Positions 34,147 to 43,479 are shown, numbered from the stretch's first letter. The stretch is DNA of 54,182 nt from a virus (IMGVR_UViG_3300048854_000076:1-54182), one strand, 5' to 3'. Notes: generated by a model from the letters alone, not told the origin. Translations and numbers: made by a program.

Positions 34147-34167
34147 CGGATGCCAACATGGAATCCG
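34147..34167. promoter_or_regulatory. Degenerate operator (site J)
   Basis: CGGATgC-caacatg-GaATCCG upstream of the rightward gene. Confidence 0.5.
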
Positions 34168-34198
34168 ATAGAAAGTGTGCCAAATCAAGGGGATGACG

Positions 34199-34513
34199 AT
34201 GTCGACGAAGCTGATCGTGTGGTTCTGCGTGTGCGCGCTTTCTGGCTACGCATTCGGCGGCCTACTGAGGGGCGCATACAAGCCGATACGGAAAACCCTG
34301 CGATGGATCGCCGAGCACGATGATCGCGCATTGCTGAACCGCCGGCGAAAGGCCGCACGCGACCGCGAGATGCGCAAGGTGGAGTCCACTGCAGACCGAG
34401 CCGCGCAGATGCATGAGATATTCGCCGACGTGATCCATCCGACGACGCCGTACTGCGACTACCTGGACACGCCGCGCAACGCTGTGCCGCGCATGCGTAG
34501 GGGTGAGCAATGA
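34199..34513 (+). CDS. Membrane-anchored hypothetical protein
   Basis: AAGGGG RBS; N-terminal TM. Confidence 0.6.
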   Translation: MSTKLIVWFCVCALSGYAFGGLLRGAYKPIRKTLRWIAEHDDRALLNRRRKAARDREMRKVESTADRAAQMHEIFADVIHPTTPYCDYLDTPRNAVPRMRRGEQ

Positions 34514-34653
34514 GTGCGATCGACGAAATGCTCGCTGCTCGGCAGAGAGAAAAGGCCGAGCGCATTGCAGACCTGATGTGGATTGATCGTCGGGCCGCGC
34601 TCTATGTGTGGCTTGCGCTGCAAATCCCGTGCGTCAACGCGAGATCGCGATGA
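34510..34653 (+). CDS. Small hypothetical protein
   Basis: ATGA overlaps at both ends. Confidence 0.5.
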   Translation: MSAIDEMLAARQREKAERIADLMWIDRRAALYVWLALQIPCVNARSR

Positions 34654-34862
34654 GCACATCTCTTGATCCTCACGCCGAAATTCAGGCGCTCTGCGACGCG
34701 CTGGCGTGCGCGATGAGCGTCATCGAACGCCAAGGGCTCGACAGTCCGCCCGAATGGCGCGCACCTATCGACGCCCGGATGATGCAACTCGACGGGCAGC
34801 ACGAGATGCAACTGATCGATGCCGGTGTCGCAATCATGGCGCGCAACAGGCTCGTGCACTAA
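34650..34862 (+). CDS. Hypothetical protein
   Basis: ATGA overlap. Confidence 0.55.
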   Translation: MSTSLDPHAEIQALCDALACAMSVIERQGLDSPPEWRAPIDARMMQLDGQHEMQLIDAGVAIMARNRLVH

Positions 34863-34888
34863 TGGAAAACAAACAAAGGGGAAGAGGA

Positions 34889-35092
34889 ATGGATAAGACA
34901 TATCTGCCGCACCAACAGCGCGTTCTCGACGAGAAAGCAGAACTCGACACGAAGGTTGCAGCGCTTGACGCCTTCATCGCAAGCGATCGTTTCGTGTTGG
35001 TGGAGCGCGAAGAGCGGCTAATAATGCGTGGGCAACTCGCTGCTATGCAGGTCTACTCCGGCTTCCTTTGCGACCGTATCGCGGTGTTCTGA
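34889..35092 (+). CDS. Conserved small helical phage protein
   Basis: QQRV.DEK.EL..K...L..FI...QL.AM..Y...L..RI. Confidence 0.75.
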   Translation: MDKTYLPHQQRVLDEKAELDTKVAALDAFIASDRFVLVEREERLIMRGQLAAMQVYSGFLCDRIAVF

Positions 35093-35098
35093 TCGCTA

Positions 35099-35191
35099 AT
35101 GGACATCGACACAATTTATCTCGCGCTCAGTGCGCTGATATTCATCGTCGTGATCGCGATTAGCCGCGGCACCAGCAAACAATACGACTGA
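35099..35191 (+). CDS. 30-aa single-TM peptide
   Basis: MDIDTIYLALSALIFIVVIAISRGTSKQYD; weak RBS. Confidence 0.4.
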   Translation: MDIDTIYLALSALIFIVVIAISRGTSKQYD

Positions 35192-35357
35192 TCCCCCGCG
35201 CGCACCCGGTCAGGGCCGGAACCCAGCAGGACACACGGGCCGGGAGTGCGCACCAAACACGGCGTGCGTGAAATGCCTGTTTTCGGGCATTAAAAACGCG
35301 GTCCGCCTTGTCGGATAAGGCGCTGACGGCGTGCGCGAACAACACACAGAGAGAGCG

Positions 35358-35606
35358 ATGAGAATCCCGAGACTGTTCGTCACGCGCGCCGATGCGCTTG
35401 CATCTGGCTTGACGCACGAAGGATCGATCTACGGCGTTCCCTCATGGATGCGCGTGGATGGCGACGACTATATGGCTGCGGCCAAGTTCGCGCCGCTGGC
35501 GATCTGGTGTGTTCTCTGCGACAAGGTATTCGACATATGGGCCGCGTTCATGAGCGATGAATACATCCTCGTGTCGCCGATGAAACTCGGTAAGCGCATC
35601 GACTAG
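35358..35606 (+). CDS. Hypothetical protein
   Basis: A...GLTHEG.IYGVP.W motif. Confidence 0.65.
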   Translation: MRIPRLFVTRADALASGLTHEGSIYGVPSWMRVDGDDYMAAAKFAPLAIWCVLCDKVFDIWAAFMSDEYILVSPMKLGKRID

Positions 35607-35856
35607 TACCACCTGACAACGACTGCTTGCAGTCAGCGCCTGGCAGTGAGTGGCGCCGCTCCACGTAACCTCTGCAGGCAGCGACGTAACGTAAGCCACC
35701 TCCTTATCAGCTTCGGCTGAGTTAAAACGGCGACGGGCGCTGCCACCCCGAATACGGCAACACATCTTTACGCGCGGCTAGGGTAGCCCCCGAACGTCCG
35801 GTCTGACCGCCAGACTGCCGCGCACCTCATACGGTCAGCTCCTAGTCAGGGCAAAA

Positions 35857-36576
35857 ATGAACACGATAGTTACTCGTGGGGAAGCGCACGCTCAAAATCT
35901 GCCGCGCTACTTCACTGGCAAGCCATGCGCGCACGGTCATACGGCGGAACGGTATTCCTGCAATGCCATGTGCATTCCTTGTTCGGAGATTCACCGGTTA
36001 AAGCCGCGCGCAAAGAAGCCGGCCACTCCTGAGCAAAAAGAGAAGGGGCGGTTGAAGGCTAAGGCGTACCACGAAGCGAACCGAGAACTATGTCTCGCCA
36101 AGATGCGCGAGCGGAACGCGGTCTATTACACAAAGAACAAAGAGCGCATTAAAGCGCAGACGCTGGAATATCAGCGCACCAATAATGCCGCGCGTAATGC
36201 GTACAAGGCCAAATGGATGGCTGAGCGCGCTAAAACTGATGCGCAGTTTGCCGCACTGCTGCTGATGCGCAAGCTCATCGCGCGCTCACTGGCACGCGTG
36301 AAGCAGAAGCGCAAACAGAGCGAGCGCACCACGCAAATCCTCGGGTACACCCAGGCTGAATTCGTCGCGCATTTCGAGCGCCTGTTCAAGCCGGGCATGA
36401 CGTGGGCGAATCATGGCGAGTGGGAAGCCGATCACAGACGGCCGCTTTCATCGTTCGACCTGACAGACCCGGAAGAACTGCGCAAGGCAAATAGCCTGCA
36501 TAACTTGCAACCGCTCTGGAAGGCTGTGAACCAGAAGAAATCTGATTCATGGTCCGGGCAATACACAATCATCTAA
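35857..36576 (+). CDS. HNH endonuclease with N-terminal Zn-finger-like domain
   Basis: YFTGKPC.HGH..ERY..C..C; W.NHG.WE.DH..PL...NLQPLW...N..K. Confidence 0.85.
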   Translation: MNTIVTRGEAHAQNLPRYFTGKPCAHGHTAERYSCNAMCIPCSEIHRLKPRAKKPATPEQKEKGRLKAKAYHEANRELCLAKMRERNAVYYTKNKERIKAQTLEYQRTNNAARNAYKAKWMAERAKTDAQFAALLLMRKLIARSLARVKQKRKQSERTTQILGYTQAEFVAHFERLFKPGMTWANHGEWEADHRRPLSSFDLTDPEELRKANSLHNLQPLWKAVNQKKSDSWSGQYTII

Positions 36577-36585
36577 GGTGGACAT

Positions 36586-37263
36586 ATGGCGCTGACAGCA
36601 ATGCAGCGTCGCTTCGTGGACGAGTATCTGGTCGATCTCAATGCCACTCAGGCGGCGATCCGGGCTGGATACAAGGAAAAGAACGCGGACAAGATCGGTT
36701 CCAGATTGGTAGGGAATAGTAGAGTTTCGGTTGAAATCGAAGCGCAACAGAAGATCCGATCCGAGCGCGTCCAGATTACGCAGGACATGGTCCTGAAGCG
36801 CTGGTGGGATCTGGCTAACGTCGATGCGAACGAACTGGTCGAATACCGCCGCGACAATTGCCGCCATTGCTGGGGAATTGATCACGGTTACCAGTGGACG
36901 GATGGCGAGTACGCCAAGGCACAGAATGAAGCAGACGAGAACGGAAAGCCGCCACCTGAGTTCGGCGGTGGATTCGGGTTCGTGTTTGGCCGCGAGCCGA
37001 ACGTTGATTGCCCGGAGTGCGGCGGAGAAGGCCGCGGCAAGGTGCACGTTCATGACACGCGCAAATTGAAGGGCGCCGCTCGCCAGCTATACGCCGGCGT
37101 GCATCAGGGCAAGGATGGTCTCAAAGTTCTCCTTGAGGAACGGTCGAAAGCGCTTGATAACGTGGCGAAGCATCTCGGCATGTTCAAGGAGCGTATCGAA
37201 CACTCAGGCGAGATCAAAACGCCAGAACTGAAACTGGTGCTCAATGGAATTAAACCTGCATGA
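36586..37263 (+). CDS. terS: Terminase small subunit with Zn-ribbon insert
   Basis: QRRFVDEYLVDLNATQAAIRAGY; CRHC/CPEC; KHLGMF. Confidence 0.93.
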   Translation: MALTAMQRRFVDEYLVDLNATQAAIRAGYKEKNADKIGSRLVGNSRVSVEIEAQQKIRSERVQITQDMVLKRWWDLANVDANELVEYRRDNCRHCWGIDHGYQWTDGEYAKAQNEADENGKPPPEFGGGFGFVFGREPNVDCPECGGEGRGKVHVHDTRKLKGAARQLYAGVHQGKDGLKVLLEERSKALDNVAKHLGMFKERIEHSGEIKTPELKLVLNGIKPA

Positions 37264-38647
37264 GCGCCAATCAGAAGCGTTTCTAACGCAAGCGACAGAG
37301 GTTTTGTATGGCGGGGCGGCTGGTGGCGGGAAAAGCCATCTGATGCGCATTGGCGCGATCGCATGGTGCACTGACATCCCCGGTTTGCAGGTCTATGTGT
37401 TCCGGCGCCTGTCCGACGACTTGGCGAAGAACCATATGGAAGGCCACTCCGGCTTCCCCGCGCTGCTCTCCGAATGGATCGAGCAAGGGCACGTCAAGAT
37501 CAACTGGTCGAAGAATTTCATCGAGTTCTGGAATGGCTCGAAGATTCACCTTTGCCATTGCCAGTATGACAAAGACGTCATCAAGTACCAGGGTGCGCAG
37601 ATTCATTTGCTCCTGATAGACGAACTGACGCACTTTACCGAGAAGATTTACCGGGCGCTGCGTGCGCGCTGCCGTCTTGGCGGCCTGAAGATACCCGACA
37701 AATACAAGGGGCTGTTCCCGCGCATCATCTGCGGATCGAACCCTGGCGGCGTCGGGCATAACTGGGTCAAGGCGTCGTTCATCGACATCGCTGCTCCGAA
37801 AGTGCTGACTAAAATGCCCCCGAAAGAGGGCGGCAAGCTTCGCCAGTACATCCCGGCGCGACTCGACGACAACCCGTCGATGACTGAATCCGATCCTGAT
37901 TACGCTGACACGCTGGAAGGCCTTGGTAACCCCGAGCTGGTGCGCGCGATGAAGGATGGCGATTGGGACATTGTCGCTGGCGGCATGTTCGATGACCTGT
38001 GGCATCGCAACACGCATGTGCTAAAGCATTTCGCTATTCCTTCGTCGTGGCGCGTTGATCGCGGCTTCGACTGGGGCAGTAGCGCGCCGTTCTCTGTGAT
38101 TTGGTTCGCTGAGAGCGACGGCACGGCCGCCACGCTTGCAGATGGCACTACTCGCCACTTCCCGCGCGGTTCCATCTTCGCGATTGCGGAATGGTACGGC
38201 TGGAATGGCAAGCCGAACGAGGGTTCGAAGATGCTGGCTGTCGACATCGCTCGTGAGATTGTTGATCGCGAGAAGATCATGCCGCTCAAGGTGAAGCCGG
38301 GACCGGCTGACACGTCCATCTTCGACACGCAGAACGGCATGTGTATTGCCGACGATATGGCGAAAGCTGGCGTTCAGTGGGCGCGCGCGGATAAGTCTCC
38401 TGGCAGTCGTAGAAACGGCTGGGAAATGATCCGCAAGTTGCTCAAGCAGGCGCACGGAAACGAGTTGCCGGGGTTCTATGTGTTCGACAACTGCGTTCAT
38501 GTGATCCGGACGCTTCCTGTTCTTCCTCGCTCGCAGCGCGACGCTGACGACGTGGATACCGACGCAGAGGATCATGCCGCGGACGTAATCCGCTATAGAT
38601 GCAGCGCCAAGAAATCGGACACGACCGTCCGCTCGCTGCATATCTAA
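37244..38647 (+). CDS. terL: Terminase large subunit
   Basis: LYGGAAGGGKS, LIDELTHF, SNPGG.GH.W, GFDWG, EDHAAD. Confidence 0.95.
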   Translation: MELNLHERQSEAFLTQATEVLYGGAAGGGKSHLMRIGAIAWCTDIPGLQVYVFRRLSDDLAKNHMEGHSGFPALLSEWIEQGHVKINWSKNFIEFWNGSKIHLCHCQYDKDVIKYQGAQIHLLLIDELTHFTEKIYRALRARCRLGGLKIPDKYKGLFPRIICGSNPGGVGHNWVKASFIDIAAPKVLTKMPPKEGGKLRQYIPARLDDNPSMTESDPDYADTLEGLGNPELVRAMKDGDWDIVAGGMFDDLWHRNTHVLKHFAIPSSWRVDRGFDWGSSAPFSVIWFAESDGTAATLADGTTRHFPRGSIFAIAEWYGWNGKPNEGSKMLAVDIAREIVDREKIMPLKVKPGPADTSIFDTQNGMCIADDMAKAGVQWARADKSPGSRRNGWEMIRKLLKQAHGNELPGFYVFDNCVHVIRTLPVLPRSQRDADDVDTDAEDHAADVIRYRCSAKKSDTTVRSLHI

Positions 38648-38662
38648 CCGAACTGAGAAAAC

Positions 38663-40045
38663 ATGACAGTACGAGACCAGTCCGCTGCGGTCGAAGCGAT
38701 GGCGGCCGACTGGCCCATCATCGACGCGCTGCTTGGCGGCACGCCTGCCATGCGCACCGCTGGAAAGACGTATCTCCCGCAATGGCCGGGCGAGAAGGAT
38801 GACGCGTACAAGGCGCGCAAGGACACGGCTACGCTGTTCCCTGCGTTCGCTCGCACGGTCGAGGTATTGGCTGGCAAGCCGTTCTCGAAGCCGATCACGG
38901 TCGGCGACGACGTGCCAGCGAAGTTTGCACCTTGGCTTGAAAACATCGATCTGCAGGGGCGCAATCTTCATGCTTTCGCTGGCAGCCTCACCGAGCGAGC
39001 TTTGTCACATGGTCTTGAAGGCATCCTCGTTGATTTCCCTGAGGCAAAGGGCATCCGTACGATGGCTGACGAGAAGGCCGCTGGCTTGCGGCCGTATTGG
39101 CTCGGCATAGACGCCAACTCATTGCTTGGCTGGCGTACGAAGCGTATCAACGGCGCTCAAACCTTAACGCAACTTCGTCTGCTCGAACAGGTTGTCGAGC
39201 CAGATGGCGATTTCGGCGAGAAGTTGATCGAACAGGTGCGCGTTCTGTACCAGGGCAAGTGGGAAGTGTGGCGCGAGTCAGAGAAGGTCGATGCTGATGG
39301 CAAAAAGGTCTGGATTCTTCACGATGAGGGAAAGACCACGCTGAAGGTGATCCCGTTTGTGCCGCTCTACGGCAAGCGACTCGGGTTCATGCGCGCCAAG
39401 CCGCCACTGCTCGAACTGGCTCACATGAACGTCGAGCACTGGCAGAGCAAGAGCGATCAGCAGACGATCCTCCACGTCGCTCGCGTGCCGATTCTGTTCG
39501 GCAAGATGCTCGGCGACGCACCGATTGTTGTCGGCAGCGGATCGATGGTCGCATCAGACGCAGAACACGGCGATCTGAAGTACGTCGAGCACTCGGGCGC
39601 GGCGATTGAAGCCGGCCGCCTGTCGCTACTCGACCTGGAAGACCGCATGCGCCAGGTCGGCGCGGAATTGCTCGTCATCAAGCCCGGCAATACGACCGTC
39701 GCTCACACGATGGCCGATAACGAGGCCGGCATGTGCGCGCTACAACGCATCGTGCAAGACGTCGAGGACGGCATCGATGCGGCCCTGCAACTCACCGCAG
39801 ATTGGGTGAAAGAGAAGCAGGGCGGCCACGTGAACATCTTCAAAGATTTCGGCGTTGCATCTCTGGCCGAAGCCTCGATGGACCTGCTGCGCGATATGAA
39901 CGTCGATGGAACGCTCTCGGACGAGACGCTATTCGACGAAGCGCAACGCCGCGGCCTAATCAAGCCGGAAGTGAAGTGGGAAGACGAGAAGCTTCGCATC
40001 AAGGCGAACGCCGTCAAGCCCGGCACCGTAGCAATCGCAGACTGA
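38663..40045 (+). CDS. Portal protein (DUF4055-like)
   Basis: Follows terL; GKTYLP, PPLLELA.MN..HWQ..SD. Confidence 0.88.
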   Translation: MTVRDQSAAVEAMAADWPIIDALLGGTPAMRTAGKTYLPQWPGEKDDAYKARKDTATLFPAFARTVEVLAGKPFSKPITVGDDVPAKFAPWLENIDLQGRNLHAFAGSLTERALSHGLEGILVDFPEAKGIRTMADEKAAGLRPYWLGIDANSLLGWRTKRINGAQTLTQLRLLEQVVEPDGDFGEKLIEQVRVLYQGKWEVWRESEKVDADGKKVWILHDEGKTTLKVIPFVPLYGKRLGFMRAKPPLLELAHMNVEHWQSKSDQQTILHVARVPILFGKMLGDAPIVVGSGSMVASDAEHGDLKYVEHSGAAIEAGRLSLLDLEDRMRQVGAELLVIKPGNTTVAHTMADNEAGMCALQRIVQDVEDGIDAALQLTADWVKEKQGGHVNIFKDFGVASLAEASMDLLRDMNVDGTLSDETLFDEAQRRGLIKPEVKWEDEKLRIKANAVKPGTVAIAD

Positions 40046-40100
40046 CAACACGAACACGCATTACCCGAGGCCGCAGCTAACCCTGCGGCCTTTCCTATTT

Positions 40101-40164
40101 GCTCGATCGGCGGACGCCGTAGAGCGCAACGCGGCGGATGCCGCATCAGTTAGGGCGGATGCCC
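40101..40164 (+). repeat. Three GGC-GGAY-GCC hairpins in the scaffold leader
   Basis: cggcggacgccg, gcggcggatgccgc, gggcggatgccc. Confidence 0.7.
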
Positions 40165-40177
40165 AAGGAAATCCAAC

Positions 40178-40945
40178 ATGCCATTCAAGTACGACGCTGA
40201 AGGTCACATTGTCACGCAGGAAATCAACGGTCAGAAGCTTCCCGTATTCATCGGTGCAGCCGGCAATGAATCGCCGTTCGACGCTGATTCCACGGTGGCG
40301 ACGATCTCGCGCCTCAACGGTGAGTCGAAAGGACATCGTGAGCGCGCCGAGAAGGCCGAAGTTTCACTGAAGGCGTTTGAAGGCATCACGGACCCCACGG
40401 CAGCCATCTCTGCGCTCGACATGGTCAAGAATCTGAACGACAAAAAGCTGGTGGATGCCGGCGAAGTCCAGAAGGTGAAAGACCAAGCAATTCAATCCGT
40501 CCGGGCCGAGTTCGAGCCGGTCGTCAAGGAGCGAGACCTGTTCAAGGCTCAACTCTTCGATGAAAAGATCGGCGGCGCATTCGCTCGATCCAAGTTCATC
40601 GGCGAGAAGGTCGCGATCCCTGCCGACTTCGTACAAGCCTCGTTCGGCAAGCACTTCACGATCGAAGAAGGAAAGATCGTGGCGAAAGACGCGAATGGCA
40701 CGCAGCTATTCAGTCGTACTCGCCACGGTGAACCGGCTGACTTCGAAGAAGCGTTGTCGATCCTCGTTGAGTCGCATCCGCAGCGCGACAGCATCCTGAA
40801 GAGTTCCGGCGCCAGTGGCGGCGGTGCTCAGGGCGGCAGTGGTGGTGCGGGCGGCGGAAAAACCATTACGCGCTCCGCGTTCGATGCGATGCCTCCTGCA
40901 AAACAGGCGGAAGTCGCTCGAAGCGGTGTGTCATTCACTGACTAG
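40178..40945 (+). CDS. Capsid scaffolding protein (DUF6651-like)
   Basis: Between portal and capsid; coiled coil; SGGGAQGG linker. Confidence 0.8.
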   Translation: MPFKYDAEGHIVTQEINGQKLPVFIGAAGNESPFDADSTVATISRLNGESKGHRERAEKAEVSLKAFEGITDPTAAISALDMVKNLNDKKLVDAGEVQKVKDQAIQSVRAEFEPVVKERDLFKAQLFDEKIGGAFARSKFIGEKVAIPADFVQASFGKHFTIEEGKIVAKDANGTQLFSRTRHGEPADFEEALSILVESHPQRDSILKSSGASGGGAQGGSGGAGGGKTITRSAFDAMPPAKQAEVARSGVSFTD

Positions 40946-40959
40946 ACAGGTTCATCTCC

Positions 40960-42228
40960 ATGAAGAAACTCAGCATCCTCGCCGTCTCGATCGCGAAGGC
41001 AATCGGACATATCGCGCACGCGCATCTGTTCAATCACATGGCTCGCACCGGCTTGATCGCTGGCGCGAACACGTTGACTGGATTGATCCCGACGCTGTAC
41101 GAAGCACTCGACGTCGTGTCGCGTGAACAAATCGGCATGATCCCCGCTGTATCGCGCAACAGCAGCGCAGCACGCGCGGCGCTGAACGAGACGATCTTGA
41201 TCCCGATCGCTCCGCCCGGCACGATGGCAGACAACACCCCGGCCGTTACCGCGCCGAACACGGGCGATTCGAACATCGGCAACGTGTCGATGACCATCAG
41301 CAAGTCGAAGCACATCCCGATTCGCTGGAACGGCGAAGAGCAGAAGGGCATGAACAACGCCGGTACGTACGGCGGCGTCCTGATGAACCAGTTTGCGCAG
41401 GCATTCCGCACGCTGGGCAACGCGATTGAAGTCGACCTTGCCACGACCGCTTATCAGAACGCATCGCGCGCTTACGGTACGGCTGGCACGGCACCGTTCG
41501 GCACGGCTGGTGATCTGTCGGACATCGCTCAGGTTCGCAAGATCCTGGACGACAACGGCGCACCGCAAACCGACCTGCAACTGGCACTCGGCTCGTCCGC
41601 AATTGCCAACCTGCGCGGTAAGCAGAACGTGCTGTTCAAGGTGAACGAAGCCGGCACCGCTGATCTGCTCCGCAAGGGCATCATCGGTGAGCTGGAAGGC
41701 ATGGAAATCCGCAACTCGAACGCGATCAAGGCGATCGCCAAGGGTACGGGCGCAGCCTACACGTCCGACACGGCTGGTTACGCGGTCGGCGCCACGGCGA
41801 TCACCCTGATCACCGGCACGGGCACTGTCCTCGCTGGGGATTCGGTTTCGTTTGCTGGCGACACCAACAAGTACGGCGTTGCGACCGGCGTTGCCGCTCC
41901 TGGCGTCATCACGTTGGCTGCGCCTGGCTTGCTGCAAGCGATCCCGGCGTCTGCCGTGGCGATGACCGTCGGCGCGACTGCCACGTCGAATCTGGCGTTC
42001 AGCAAGTCGGCTATCCAGTTGATCACGCGCGCTCCCGCGATGCCGATCGGCCCGGACGGCAAGGCGATGGACATGGCTGATGACCTGTTGCAGATCACCG
42101 ACCCGGTGACCGGCATCACGTATGACGTGGCCGTGTATCGCCAGTTCATGCAAATGGTTTACCACGTGCGCTTAGCGTGGGGTACGCAGGCTATCAAGCA
42201 GAACCACATCGCCACGTTGCTCGGCTAA
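40960..42228 (+). CDS. Major capsid protein (P22 coat-like)
   Basis: ANTLTGLIP...ALDVVSRE; position; terminator follows. Confidence 0.88.
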   Translation: MKKLSILAVSIAKAIGHIAHAHLFNHMARTGLIAGANTLTGLIPTLYEALDVVSREQIGMIPAVSRNSSAARAALNETILIPIAPPGTMADNTPAVTAPNTGDSNIGNVSMTISKSKHIPIRWNGEEQKGMNNAGTYGGVLMNQFAQAFRTLGNAIEVDLATTAYQNASRAYGTAGTAPFGTAGDLSDIAQVRKILDDNGAPQTDLQLALGSSAIANLRGKQNVLFKVNEAGTADLLRKGIIGELEGMEIRNSNAIKAIAKGTGAAYTSDTAGYAVGATAITLITGTGTVLAGDSVSFAGDTNKYGVATGVAAPGVITLAAPGLLQAIPASAVAMTVGATATSNLAFSKSAIQLITRAPAMPIGPDGKAMDMADDLLQITDPVTGITYDVAVYRQFMQMVYHVRLAWGTQAIKQNHIATLLG

Positions 42229-42238
42229 GTGGTGAACA

Positions 42239-42270
42239 GGGCGGCGCAGGACCGGCCGCCCTTGTTTTTT
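42239..42270 (+). terminator. Terminator after capsid gene
   Basis: gggcggc...gccgccc followed by ttgtttttt. Confidence 0.7.
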
Positions 42271-42279
42271 GGAGCGCTT

Positions 42280-42435
42280 ATGCATTGCGAAACAGTAAAA
42301 GTGGTAACTCCCGTGTCGGATCAAAATCCGCACGGCTACATCGTGATCAACAAATCGGACCTGACGGACAAGCACGAGATTTTCGACGCTAAACCGGTCA
42401 AGGCTACGCGCAAGACCAAGAAAACGGACGAATAA
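42280..42435 (+). CDS. Small head-associated protein
   Basis: GGAG RBS; GYIVINKSD. Confidence 0.6.
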   Translation: MHCETVKVVTPVSDQNPHGYIVINKSDLTDKHEIFDAKPVKATRKTKKTDE

Positions 42436-42436
42436 C

Positions 42437-42835
42437 ATGGCGCTCACCGCTGCTCAGTTGACGGACGTGCGCCGCTTCATGGGATACCCGCTCAACGGGA
42501 CGACCATGACGATCACGAACGACCAAGACCTCGTGTATGGCTACTTCGGGATGGTCGTCATGTCGCTGCAGCAGCGGTTGACCACGTTGTCGGCGAGCGA
42601 GGAGGCTGTGTTGATTGCCACCTACTTGACGCCGCTCTACGCGCTGGAAACGGCTATCTTCGGCGCTGGCGCGAACCTTGATACCGATGTCGCGGCCGTT
42701 TGGACGCGCAACAGAAGCGAGGTGTCGGACCGGATGAAGCTATTCGACGGTTGGCGGCGCCGCATGTGCGTGTTCATCGGCTTCGCGCCGGGCCCCGATC
42801 TCGGCAACGGTGGCTCACAGATCATCCGAGGCTGA
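42437..42835 (+). CDS. Head-tail adaptor
   Basis: DVRRFMGYP; position. Confidence 0.65.
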   Translation: MALTAAQLTDVRRFMGYPLNGTTMTITNDQDLVYGYFGMVVMSLQQRLTTLSASEEAVLIATYLTPLYALETAIFGAGANLDTDVAAVWTRNRSEVSDRMKLFDGWRRRMCVFIGFAPGPDLGNGGSQIIRG

Positions 42836-42837
42836 CT

Positions 42838-43479
42838 ATGGATGGGAATCGAATCCAGGCGCTCGTATATAAGGGCTATGCGATCAGCGCGGCGAAGATC
42901 GGCCTGCCATACGCGCAGTATCGACCGGACAGCGCTGATCTCACCAACTGGTCGCCGATCGCAACACTCCTCGCCAGTTTCAACGCCGAGGACATGAAGT
43001 ATTCGAAGCCGAGCAAGTACGCGAAGCCCACGTGGTACGTGCTGGTCGACGGATCGCAGACGCAAGTAGGCGATTACCTGATAGGCCCGGGCGGAACGTT
43101 CTTCATTGCCGCGCAACAGGCGATTCTCCCGATCCTCGCGGTCGAGTGCAATCGCACGCTCTCGTTCGCGCGTCCGCAAGCGCAGGCGCAAGTCGGCGCG
43201 GTGACGAATTACGAGGGCAACACGACCGCATTGCAGACGCCGCTCGCTGCTGGATGGCCGGCTGCTGTGCTGCAGGGCACGAAGGGCGAGAAGAACGAGG
43301 TCAATCTGCCCGGCGACGTGCGTAATCCATGGTGGGCGATCATGCTCCCGGCGATTCCCGGCGTCACGCTTCGCACGACTGACCTCGCGCTCGACGATCT
43401 CGGCCGGCGCTACATTCTCTCGAGCGTGGAACTGACCGATCTCGGCTATCGCTGCACGGCACAACAGGCCCAGACATGA
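42838..43479 (+). CDS. Head closure/neck protein
   Basis: Position; beta-rich. Confidence 0.6.
   Translation: MDGNRIQALVYKGYAISAAKIGLPYAQYRPDSADLTNWSPIATLLASFNAEDMKYSKPSKYAKPTWYVLVDGSQTQVGDYLIGPGGTFFIAAQQAILPILAVECNRTLSFARPQAQAQVGAVTNYEGNTTALQTPLAAGWPAAVLQGTKGEKNEVNLPGDVRNPWWAIMLPAIPGVTLRTTDLALDDLGRRYILSSVELTDLGYRCTAQQAQT

Noticed and set aside
6132-34167. GATAC/GTATC repeats as CRISPR, REP or cassette recombination sites
   Set aside because: Not regularly spaced, central 7 bp vary, and they sit within promoter spacing; no cas genes.
35304-35323. REP-like cgccttgtcggataaggcg
   Set aside because: Single copy and no associated transposase; treated as an ordinary hairpin.
32880-35860. tRNA genes or known small ribozymes in the structured regions
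   Set aside because: No T-loop GTTCRA cloverleaf, hammerhead core or twister/pistol consensus found by eye; a tRNAscan/Infernal run is still warranted.
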